DNA of 64,000 bases from an uncultured delta proteobacterium. Its GTDB lineage: Bacteria; Desulfobacterota; Syntrophia; Syntrophales; UBA2185. The stretch is taken from contig CAVSPA010000009.1 in the NCBI GenBank assembly GCA_963729715.1, positions 31,907 to 95,906 on the forward strand, written 5' to 3'. Every line of letters starts with the position of its first letter. The stretch's first letter is position 1. Shown here piece by piece: positions 51,680 through 60,858 of this stretch. The translations under genes were made by a program, and so were the position numbers. The notes under the pieces were generated by a model. The model did no database searches and had not been told where the DNA came from. It was given only the letters and a program-made list of their open reading frames with translations.

Positions 51680-51932
51680 TGTAACAACTTTAAGAGAATT
51701 ATGAAAAAGGTTCCAATCGCCGTGAAGTATCTTCCTTGCTACTCTTAGTGCCGCAGTACCGCTGAACAGAACAAACATTTAGCTCATAGGGCGGTTTAGT
51801 TGAACAGTTTCATAGTGGCTAAAAGTCAGGAGTCAAGCTTAGAGACAGCATACACATAGGAATAAAGGTTAGCCGTCAGAGGCATTTTTCCGACACTATC
51901 GGCGTAAGCAAACAAGGCGACAAATTAACCTG

Positions 51933-52298
51933 TCAGCGCCTTTGTGTTTTGTATGAAATGACAGTACCTATAACACACAAAATACTTAGTACAACGTTTA
52001 TCGGATATGAGAACCATATTACTACATTAACAATAACTAGAAAGCATATTAATGAGTAGTCATACATTCTGATTGGTAGTCCATTTAGCGCTCGTTTTAT
52101 AACAACTTTTCCGACCAGTGCTATACCAATCCAGCTTGCATATGCCATCAGTGCATGAGTAGATAGCTTGCCACCCAACAAAGGAGCAGCAAGATAAACG
52201 ATGAACATTATCAGAGAAAATATTAGGAATAAATTAGCTAGAACAAGCGATGTGCCGTAAAGTTCCTTTTTATTCATCTGAAGATTCCTTATTGACAT
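51933..52298 (-). CDS. Putative cognate membrane immunity protein of the full-length Rhs
   Basis: 4 TM segments, immediately downstream of rhs; start may be 52277. Confidence 0.75.
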   Translation of the reverse strand: MSIRNLQMNKKELYGTSLVLANLFLIFSLIMFIVYLAAPLLGGKLSTHALMAYASWIGIALVGKVVIKRALNGLPIRMYDYSLICFLVIVNVVIWFSYPINVVLSILCVIGTVISYKTQRR

Positions 52299-55200
52299 TT
52301 TGGTTTACATTCCTGTTTTCCCAGTGTTTCAATTCCAGTTGATATTCTATCGATTGCATCCGCTCCAGCTTCTGCGACAGCTCCACCGTATAGTACTGGC
52401 ATCCACCAGAATTCTGGCCCTGCAGCAGAACCTACGGCTGACGCGATGCCAAATGAAATAGCAAAGCCAGCTTCTATTCCACCCGCAATAATATCGGCAA
52501 TTGGCGCAGCGCACTTTGAATTTGGAAATGAATCCGAAAAAGAAGGTATTTTTACAAGAGGATTGTCGAACAAACCCAGTGGGTCTTTGCGGTTAATCGC
52601 ATTATTTTTGACATATGTGTAAAGGTTAAACCCTCCTCTAAGCCCGATCGGATCCCTGGTCAGGAACCTGCCCACGGTAGGATCATAGTACCTTGCGCGG
52701 TAGAAGTAAAGTCCGGTTTCGGAATCGTATTCCCTTGCGGTGTAGGTGTACGGCTGTGTAATTGTCGGTGTGCCGTTCGTGATGTTTCCAAAGGTATCAT
52801 ATGCATAGCTCTGCACCACGCTTTGGCTTGCATTCGTTAAGGCTGCAATGCTCCCCAGTCCATCGGCATGGTAATAGTACACCTGACTGGTGTTGTCCAC
52901 GGCCAGTGGTTCATCAATCCTTAGGCCTTGGGTGAATCTCGTCTGGACGTTCCCATACTGGTCGTAGGCCAAGATGATGGCGTCCTTGTCATAGACATAG
53001 TTGGTTATTGTTCCATTGACATTCTTCTGAATGCGTCTCCCGAAAGGATCATAGGCGTAGGTGATCACCGTATTGGGGTTTCCCGATATCGTCACCCCGG
53101 TCAGGCGGTTCTCATCGTCGTAGGTGTATGTGGTCGTGGTGCTGCCTGCGACCATCTGAATCCTGTTGCCGTTGTAATCGTATGCATAGGTCGTGGAGTC
53201 GAAATTTTGCAGTTCATTGCCGATATCGTAGCTAAGGTAGTCGGGGCCGTTTGGTCCCGTAAGGCGGTTGCCCACGTAGTCATACGTGTAGGCCTCTCCA
53301 AGGGTGCTCTGCAGCAGACGGTAGATGCTGTCGTAGGTGTATGTGGCTGTCTGGGTATCCGTCCTGGTGAGGCGGTTGTTCACATTATCATAGGTGTAGT
53401 TTATGTCTGCAAGGGTGGTCCCGCCCTGCGTCCTGTGCCAGACCCTTGTAAGGTTGCTGCTGTAGTCATAAAAATAGGTCGCATATGCGTTGTTAGGATA
53501 GGTGAGCGTGCTCCTTCTGCCGTCATTGTCATAGGTCAGGGCGTAGGTGCTGCTGCCGACGGTGATGCCGGTCAGTCTCCTCCCCGCATTGTAGGCATAG
53601 GCGATGGTCGTGTTCTCCGGCGTTGTCATGGACATCTTGTTCCCTGCAGCGTCATACGTGTACTGGATGGTCCGGTTGTTGGAGTCCGTTATTCCGGTTA
53701 CCTTGTTGTTGGCGTCATAGGCGAAGGTATAGGCAATGGCTGAATTCCCGGCGTAGGACATATTGCCGTTTTGATCGTACTGATATTGGGTGATGCTCTG
53801 GTCCGAGTATTGTTTCTGGGTAAGACGGTTGTCGGCATCGTAGGTGTAGGTAATGGTATGCCCGTCGGGCTTCGTCTTCGTGATTACGTTCCCCCTTGAA
53901 TCGTAGGTGTAAGTCGTTCCTCGGGCCAGCGGGTCGGTCTCTGTGACGAGACGGCCCGCCGTGTCGTAGGTATATGTCGTGCTGTGGTTTAGGGCGTCGG
54001 TAAGGGCGGTAAGCTTGCTCGTGCCGCTGCAGCCGCTCCCGCAGCCCGTGGGGCCGTAGCTCATCTGGGTGAGGTTGTTCAATGCATCGGTGATCTGCGT
54101 GGGCTGACCGCGATAGTTGTAGGCGTACGTGGTGGGGTTCCCGTTTGCGTCTGTCGTAGTTAAAACGTCTCCTTTATAATCATAGGTGAAATGGGTGATG
54201 TTGCCTCTGGGGTCGGTCACCTGTGTCATCTGGTTGATGTTGTTGTAGGTGTACTGCGTGACATTGCTCAGCGGATCAGTCATGGTGAGCCGGTTGCCTA
54301 CGGTGTCATAGGTAAATGTGGTTTGGTTGGACAGAGGGTCTGTGATGCTGGTGAGGTTGTTGTGGGAGTCGTAGGCAAGGGTAGTAGTGTGGCTATTGGC
54401 GTCGGTAATTGACGTCACGTTGCCCTTGGAATCGTACGCAAAGGTTGTCACATTACTGAGCGGCGCCGTTATGGTGGTGAGGTTGCCATGCGTGTCGTAT
54501 GTATATGTCGTCACTGCCCCTCTGGGATCGGTTTTGCTGGCGACCAGATTGAGACTGTTGTACGTATAGCTGGTCGTGTTTCCCAGGGGATCGGTCATGG
54601 ATGTAAGGTTGCTGTTGCTGTCGTAGGCGTAGGTGGTTACACCCCCGTTCGGGTCTGTGGTGGAAATCAGGTTACGCTTCAGATCATAGGCATAGCTTGT
54701 GGTGTTGCCGAGGGGATCGGCCTTTGATGTCATGACCCCATATCCGGAATCATATGTGTATGTCCATATGCTGCCATCCTTTTCGGTATAAGCGATTGTC
54801 CCAGGTTGGGTATAGTTGATTGACCTTGTTTTGTTTTCAGGGTCGGTGGATGTCAGAACCTTTCCCTTCACATCATATGTGTATGTAGTTGTCTTGCCCG
54901 CAGGGTCGGTCTTTGAAAGCATCTGACCATAAACCTGGTTGTTATAAGTAAAGCTCCATGAATTGCCCAACGGGTCGGTGATCTGATTAAGGAGATAATT
55001 AGAGTAGCCTGAATTTGTCAGGGTGTAAACCCTTCCGCCGGGATCGGTGATCGTGTGTATCCCGCAGCCACTGCCATAAGTTAAAGTCGTTGTCCTTCCA
55101 TTCGGGTCGGTGATGCCCGTAATGTTGTAACCGGAGTATGTTAAAGTGGTGGTGTTATTATTTCTGTCGGTGACGGAGGTGATATAGCCGTACGTATTGA

Positions 55201-56248
55201 ACTGCTGGACTGTGCCGTCTTTCATGGTCCGGGTATATGTGTGGTTTGAGTTCTTTACTACCGTCGAGGTATCCCCGCTTCTGGGTTCAGGATAGTAGAC
55301 TCCGGCAGAAGGCCGGAAATAGACCACGTTGCCGTCGCCGGTTGTGAGAACCAGGGTGGCGTTGTCGGGCAGAAGCCAGACTGTCACGTTGTAATTATGG
55401 GTCCACCCCGGGCCTACAGGGACATAGCTTGTACTGCCCATGCTGTTATAGTAGAGCGTGAGACCGGCCACATTTACAGAGTCATGGAGGTTGCCGCTCT
55501 TGACGTTGGCCGACGAGCCGAAACAGGCATTGGGAGCGCCAGATGCAGCGTTGCCGGTATCATGAGGTCCTAGGGCCGGCGGCGCCAGCGCCGGACTGCA
55601 GCCGCCAAGCTTCATGTTTTGACTTGCCCGGTCTTCAGGCGCTAAAGACACCTTATAATTAATCGAACCGCAGTAAGTACTGCAATTATCACAGATGTTT
55701 ACGCTATTCAGGCAATAGCCGCAACCATAGACCGAATTTGCATAAGAGTTACATGGATTGGGGTTAAAATAATAAGGGGGAGCCATTAAGTCTCCGTGAC
55801 AATTATAGTGATAAGTAGTCATGCTGCAGTATGCGACGTTGTTGTTCATATAGCATGAGGGATTCGACGATATCCTTACCGCCTCTCCTGAAGGCCCATA
55901 ATCATTCACTGCCATCTGCACGTTTACGAATTGTCCGGTGGAATCCGTCAGTCGGATGATCGGATCATTTGCACGATTTGCATTTGAATTGGGAGCCGTA
56001 TAGACAGTGGAATTGCCGTTCGAAGTAGATAAGGTGCCGCTTCCGCCCGTGATGAACCAGGTGTAAGGCCCGGTTCCGCCGGAGGCTGCCAAGGTCTGAG
56101 TGCTGTCACTTCCGCTGGTGCTCATTTGCCGAGATGTGTATCCTATGGAAAGAGGATCAGCGAATACATCTGAGATCAAATATGAAAAATTAATAAAAAG
56201 ACTGAAAATAATGGCTACCACCAGGTATAACGTTTTTCTTCGTGTCAT
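52289..56248 (-). CDS. Rhs/YD-repeat polymorphic toxin with N-terminal signal peptide
   Basis: 1319 aa; signal (…DVFA-D), Cys-rich region, GPGWTHNY, many YD repeats, RYYDPTVGRFLTRDPIG...DPLG core, hydrophobic CT. Confidence 0.95.
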   Translation of the reverse strand: MTRRKTLYLVVAIIFSLFINFSYLISDVFADPLSIGYTSRQMSTSGSDSTQTLAASGGTGPYTWFITGGSGTLSTSNGNSTVYTAPNSNANRANDPIIRLTDSTGQFVNVQMAVNDYGPSGEAVRISSNPSCYMNNNVAYCSMTTYHYNCHGDLMAPPYYFNPNPCNSYANSVYGCGYCLNSVNICDNCSTYCGSINYKVSLAPEDRASQNMKLGGCSPALAPPALGPHDTGNAASGAPNACFGSSANVKSGNLHDSVNVAGLTLYYNSMGSTSYVPVGPGWTHNYNVTVWLLPDNATLVLTTGDGNVVYFRPSAGVYYPEPRSGDTSTVVKNSNHTYTRTMKDGTVQQFNTYGYITSVTDRNNNTTTLTYSGYNITGITDPNGRTTTLTYGSGCGIHTITDPGGRVYTLTNSGYSNYLLNQITDPLGNSWSFTYNNQVYGQMLSKTDPAGKTTTYTYDVKGKVLTSTDPENKTRSINYTQPGTIAYTEKDGSIWTYTYDSGYGVMTSKADPLGNTTSYAYDLKRNLISTTDPNGGVTTYAYDSNSNLTSMTDPLGNTTSYTYNSLNLVASKTDPRGAVTTYTYDTHGNLTTITAPLSNVTTFAYDSKGNVTSITDANSHTTTLAYDSHNNLTSITDPLSNQTTFTYDTVGNRLTMTDPLSNVTQYTYNNINQMTQVTDPRGNITHFTYDYKGDVLTTTDANGNPTTYAYNYRGQPTQITDALNNLTQMSYGPTGCGSGCSGTSKLTALTDALNHSTTYTYDTAGRLVTETDPLARGTTYTYDSRGNVITKTKPDGHTITYTYDADNRLTQKQYSDQSITQYQYDQNGNMSYAGNSAIAYTFAYDANNKVTGITDSNNRTIQYTYDAAGNKMSMTTPENTTIAYAYNAGRRLTGITVGSSTYALTYDNDGRRSTLTYPNNAYATYFYDYSSNLTRVWHRTQGGTTLADINYTYDNVNNRLTRTDTQTATYTYDSIYRLLQSTLGEAYTYDYVGNRLTGPNGPDYLSYDIGNELQNFDSTTYAYDYNGNRIQMVAGSTTTTYTYDDENRLTGVTISGNPNTVITYAYDPFGRRIQKNVNGTITNYVYDKDAIILAYDQYGNVQTRFTQGLRIDEPLAVDNTSQVYYYHADGLGSIAALTNASQSVVQSYAYDTFGNITNGTPTITQPYTYTAREYDSETGLYFYRARYYDPTVGRFLTRDPIGLRGGFNLYTYVKNNAINRKDPLGLFDNPLVKIPSFSDSFPNSKCAAPIADIIAGGIEAGFAISFGIASAVGSAAGPEFWWMPVLYGGAVAEAGADAIDRISTGIETLGKQECKPKCQ

Positions 56249-56654
56249 CTCTCCGCCTCCTCTCAGTTGACCTCTTATTGCTTCTTAAGATTAACAGTCC
56301 CCCGCTTTTTTTGACTTTCCCTGGATTTATAATATCTGCGAAAAGTTTGGCGTGTTGGATTGTGGGTTGCTTTGTGCCGCGCCGCAGCCGATGGAGAGAC
56401 TGCTCTTGATTTGTGTCTTATCCGTTCACGAGATCAGCTGATATATTTTGAAGAATCTTACTTTGCATTTCTGAGAATGCAATACAAAAAAATATTGAAA
56501 AAATATGGAGGAAGTAATGAGACAAAATCAATAACGACCGGATGGCCATCCCGAAAGCAAACGATAGTAATCTTATAAATTCGGCAGGAAGTCGGCGAAA
56601 AATCAGGCAAGCATATTCGAAAAAACGAAGCAAATAGCGCCCATTGCTCTCGGA

Positions 56655-56864
56655 AACCTGCCTCCGGGAAATGCTGTGGCGCCGGCAGGCTTCCGATACG
56701 TTCCTGATTCTTTCGGCAACTTGTAGCAATGTGAGTCTCTTTTGTGCTATCTTCTTCTCGGCGGTCATATCTTCCTCCTTGGTAAGATGGTACCTTAGCC
56801 GAAGAGAAGACTGACTGCCATTTCTTAATACAACAAACTGTTTGGGAAGATATTAACTTTTACA
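56655..56864 (-). pseudogene. IS481-like left end and HTH fragment
   Basis: TGT end at 56864; MTAEKKIAQKRLTLLQVAERIRNVSEACRRHSISR then similarity is lost. Confidence 0.7.
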
Positions 56865-56951
56865 TTTTAGTGATGATCAACACTTGAATCCATTATTAAT
56901 TCTACTATAATCATTGACATAAAAGTCCCGCTTTCCTATATTTCGCCTATA

Positions 56952-59396
56952 ATGAGAGGCAGACATGAGATGAAAGTCAAATCCACTTCAAGGCGGCCAG
57001 ATAAAAAGAATAAGCAATATACAGTAGCACCTCTCTGGAGTGAACCAGCGTTCCGGGAGCTGGCAGACAATATCATTGACGGTGTCTACTGTATCAACCC
57101 TGACGGATATCTTGCCTTCGTAAACAGAGCGATGATAGATCGATCCGGCATTTCATCTGATAAATTTTACGCATCTCACTTCCTCGATATAATTCATCCC
57201 GCATACCGTGATCTGGCCGCACAGAATTTTAAGAGAGTAATCAGTGGGGATAATGGCATACCGTATGAGTTGAGATATGAGAGGGCTGATGGACAGGAAC
57301 GGATCGCGGAAGTGCATTCAAACCCGATGCGCATTGACGGGAAAGTCGTAGGCCTGATTGGAATTTCACGAGATGTCACCGAGCGCAAGCGGGCAGAGGA
57401 GACCTTGAAGGAGAGCGAGAAATGCTTCTCCGTCGCCTTCCATGTTAATCCGGCTCCTATGACCATAAGTACAATTGATGACGGGGTTATCCTAGATGTT
57501 AATGCCAGGTGGCTGAGTATGCTAGGTTATGCACGGAATGAAATGATCGGGCAAGAGCACGCAAAATTGCCAATTTGGTTGGATTACGAGGCCAGGTCAT
57601 CTTTCATCGGGAAGTTCCTCAAGGAAGGCTTTCTCCGAGGCGAATCGGTGCAACTTCGTACGAAGAGCGGAGAAATACGAGACACCCTCTGGTCAGCCGA
57701 GCTGATCAAGTATAGAGGCAGAGAAGTGGTGCTGTCACTGCTTTACGATATAACCGAACGCAAACGAGCAGAGATTGCGCTGCAGAAGAGCGAGGAGAGA
57801 TTTAGATGCATGGTCGAGACGACGCGGGACATCATCTATACCATCGACGTAAATGGTGTCCTGACGTATGTGAACCCGACTGCCGAGACACTCATGGGAT
57901 ACTCGATTGATGAATTGAAGGGGAAATCCTTTGAGCAGATTGTTGCACCTGAATGTATTGATTTGGTTAAAGATCGTTTCAAAAGGGCCATGAAGGGTGA
58001 GTTTATTCCAGTTTACGAGATCGATATGATCAGAAAAGATGGGGCGCGTCTACCCATTGAGTTTAACGGGGTGACGATCTACGACAGTGAAGGCAAACCT
58101 TCGGGCAGGTATGGCGTCGGTCGGGATATAACAGAGCGCAAGCAAGCGGAGGAAGCCCTTCGGGCTTCCGAACTCAGGTATCAAGCCATTTTCGAAAATA
58201 CAGGGACCACGATGCTGATCGTTGAGGAAGATATGACGATTGTCCTTGCGAACTGTGGCTTTGAAAGTCTGACTGGGTACAAGCGGGAGGAGATAGAAGG
58301 GAAGAAGAAATGGACGGAATTCGTCGAAAAAGGTGATTTGGAAAAGATGATCACTCAACATCAGTTTCGAGAAGAAGGTTCGGGTCTCGCGAAGAAAAAT
58401 TATGAGTTTCGACTTGTACACAGAGATGGCCATGTGAAGAATATAATCTTAACCGTCAACATGATACCGGGTACAGAAAGAAGTGTTGCTTCTCTCATGG
58501 ACATCACTGACCGCAAAAAGGCTGAAGATGCGTTGCGCATAAGCGAAGAGCGCCACAGGTTGATCACCGATAACATGTCAGATATGATCCGCTTCACTGA
58601 TATGAACGGAAAAATTCTATATTACAGCCCATCCCACGAGAAAATCCTCGGGTATAGCCCGGAGGACAGAGTGGGCAAAAATATCGAGGATTTTTGGCAT
58701 CAAGAGGACAGGGAGCGTATTCATGAGGAGTTAAGGAACGCCCTCACATCTAAATCGCTCGGAAAAATTGACTATCGAATTCGGCACGCCGATGGCCACT
58801 ATGTCTGGTTAGAAACGGCCCGCGATTTTGTTTCCGACGCCGACGGTAATATCAAAGCCGTTATTTTCAGTTCTCGAGACATCACCGAGCGCAAGCGTAC
58901 TGAGGATGAATTAGCGAAATACCGGGAAGGTCTTGAGCAATTAGTAGCTGAAAGGACGCGAGCGCTGGAAGATAGAACCAAGGCCCTTGAGGAAGTTAAT
59001 ATCTCATTGAAAGTGCTCTTACGACACCGGGAGGAAGATAAAAAAGAACTGGAAGATCGCTTCGTAATGAATATCAAGAAGCTTATTATGCCATTTGCAG
59101 AAAAAATGAAAAGGACTCGCTTGGATGAGCAGCAGCTGACTTATCTGAGCATCATAGAAAAGCATCTCAATGATATCACATCATCGCTGACAAAAAGGAT
59201 GCATCAATTCAATTTCACCGCTAGAGAAGTTGAAGTTGCGTCTTTGCTGAATGAAGGCAAGACAACCAAGGAAATTGCCAAGATCATAGGGGTCGCGACT
59301 AGCTCTGTTAATACACACAGGAATCAGATTAGGAAGAAGCTTGGCATCAGCAAAAAAAGAGTTAATCTCCGCTCTCATCTCCAATCCTTCGATTAA
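56952..59396 (+). CDS. PASx5-LuxR HTH one-component transcriptional regulator
   Basis: Five PAS/PAC units; FTAREVEVA...GKTTKEIA...HRNQIRKKLG. Confidence 0.92.
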   Translation: MRGRHEMKVKSTSRRPDKKNKQYTVAPLWSEPAFRELADNIIDGVYCINPDGYLAFVNRAMIDRSGISSDKFYASHFLDIIHPAYRDLAAQNFKRVISGDNGIPYELRYERADGQERIAEVHSNPMRIDGKVVGLIGISRDVTERKRAEETLKESEKCFSVAFHVNPAPMTISTIDDGVILDVNARWLSMLGYARNEMIGQEHAKLPIWLDYEARSSFIGKFLKEGFLRGESVQLRTKSGEIRDTLWSAELIKYRGREVVLSLLYDITERKRAEIALQKSEERFRCMVETTRDIIYTIDVNGVLTYVNPTAETLMGYSIDELKGKSFEQIVAPECIDLVKDRFKRAMKGEFIPVYEIDMIRKDGARLPIEFNGVTIYDSEGKPSGRYGVGRDITERKQAEEALRASELRYQAIFENTGTTMLIVEEDMTIVLANCGFESLTGYKREEIEGKKKWTEFVEKGDLEKMITQHQFREEGSGLAKKNYEFRLVHRDGHVKNIILTVNMIPGTERSVASLMDITDRKKAEDALRISEERHRLITDNMSDMIRFTDMNGKILYYSPSHEKILGYSPEDRVGKNIEDFWHQEDRERIHEELRNALTSKSLGKIDYRIRHADGHYVWLETARDFVSDADGNIKAVIFSSRDITERKRTEDELAKYREGLEQLVAERTRALEDRTKALEEVNISLKVLLRHREEDKKELEDRFVMNIKKLIMPFAEKMKRTRLDEQQLTYLSIIEKHLNDITSSLTKRMHQFNFTAREVEVASLLNEGKTTKEIAKIIGVATSSVNTHRNQIRKKLGISKKRVNLRSHLQSFD

Positions 59397-59772
59397 TATT
59401 GAATTAATCTCCATATTATCTACATAAAAATCCAATATTGCCATTTTTGTGATCTATCTCTATACACCTCTATATATCTAACCATATTTCTCGCAAAAAT
59501 TATAACCCTGATCATAATCCATTTTCATGAGGTGCTGTATTGCCTTTAGCCAAAATAATCTGTCCTTATTGTAATTGCCAGGTCGATATTAAAAAATTTG
59601 GCAATGGTTGGATAGGAATATGTTGCGAGACAGTTATATTCAATTCTGACCGGCAACCTTCTACAACGATCCATGACGACGCGAGGCAAGACCAGCATAC
59701 AAAAGTCTTGATCAGTAGAGGGCAGGAGCAACTAGGTCAAGGATAACATAACCTGGAGAAAGGAATGTCAAT

Positions 59773-59994
59773 ATGTTTGGATCAACCGTTCTTGAAGTGG
59801 CGGTTTGCTTAGTTTTTATTTATCTTCCAATAAACCTGATATGCACTGCGATGAATGAATGGATTGCGTCCGCTATCAATATGCGTGGCAGAACCCTTTT
59901 TAAAGGGATTAAGAATCTTCTAAATGATCTGAAATTTAAAGGACTGTCGCAGCAACTATACTGTCACGGTTTAAGAGCAGCAATTTCCAAGTAG
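59773..59994 (+). pseudogene. Probable truncated N-terminus of a membrane protein
   Basis: MFGSTVLEVAVCLVFIYL...RGRTLFKGIKNLLND; RBS present, early stop. Confidence 0.5.
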
Positions 59995-60046
59995 GCGGTA
60001 GATCCAGAGAAAACGAATAAAAATATTGGTGTAAAAGGAGGCATCT

Positions 60047-60718
60047 ATGGGGCATAGACCAATCATCGGTGCATTGGTAGCCTTTCTTGTTCTCATCATT
60101 TTACAGACTTTACTTGTTCGGGTAGCGCAGAGACGGTCTAAACAAATCAAGGCGGCATACAGGCCGGGATTCATGGACTTGATTGTGACAAGTGAAGATG
60201 GGAATTACAGCCTGTCGCGGCTCCAGATGTATCTGTGGACTTATGCCGCTATCATCGGATATGTGGCGGTCTTCATGTGGGATATGAAAATCCCTGATAT
60301 TCCTGAAAGCCTCTATATACTGATGGGGGTAAACTTTGCTGCCACAGCTGCATCAACAGCTATCAATACAACAAGAAAGGAAGTAACTAACGATACAACT
60401 AAGGACAAGCCAGATTTTGTGAAGGATATTTTTTTCGAGAGTGATACCAGCCTGGATCTGCCAAGGTCGCAGATGTTCGTGTGGACTATTGTTTCCTTAG
60501 GTGTGTTTTTTGTGTTGCTCTGTCAATCGTTCAATCAACCTATTCCTGCTGGGACGCCTTCGCTGCCCGATATCCCGACAGGCCTCATCGTACTTATGGG
60601 CATCAGTCATGGCGCTTATCTCGGCGTGAAGGGGGCTACCATCAAGAAGGAGAATGAAGCGGCGGTACTAAAGAAGACTGACGACAAGACCTATCAGGCT
60701 ACACCGCCAACGAAATAA
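60047..60718 (+). CDS. Hypothetical membrane protein with an internal duplication
   Basis: Two similar units: (SLSRLQ/DLPRSQ)M..WT...PDIP..L..LMG; RBS AGGAGG. Confidence 0.8.
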   Translation: MGHRPIIGALVAFLVLIILQTLLVRVAQRRSKQIKAAYRPGFMDLIVTSEDGNYSLSRLQMYLWTYAAIIGYVAVFMWDMKIPDIPESLYILMGVNFAATAASTAINTTRKEVTNDTTKDKPDFVKDIFFESDTSLDLPRSQMFVWTIVSLGVFFVLLCQSFNQPIPAGTPSLPDIPTGLIVLMGISHGAYLGVKGATIKKENEAAVLKKTDDKTYQATPPTK

Positions 60719-60858
60719 GGAGCGGGCATCAACATCTGTTGCAGACATTGTGATGTTTTGTGAATTCTTAAAAGGAGAAAAGAGAGGGACATCGCGACGC
60801 AAGACCTCAAACCATAGTTGGACACTCGGACAGCAATAAGAACGAAGGGGGGATAGTT

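Noticed and set aside
59540..59746. 68-aa CxxC ORF
   Set aside because: Short, TTG start, no recognisable family; cannot be supported.
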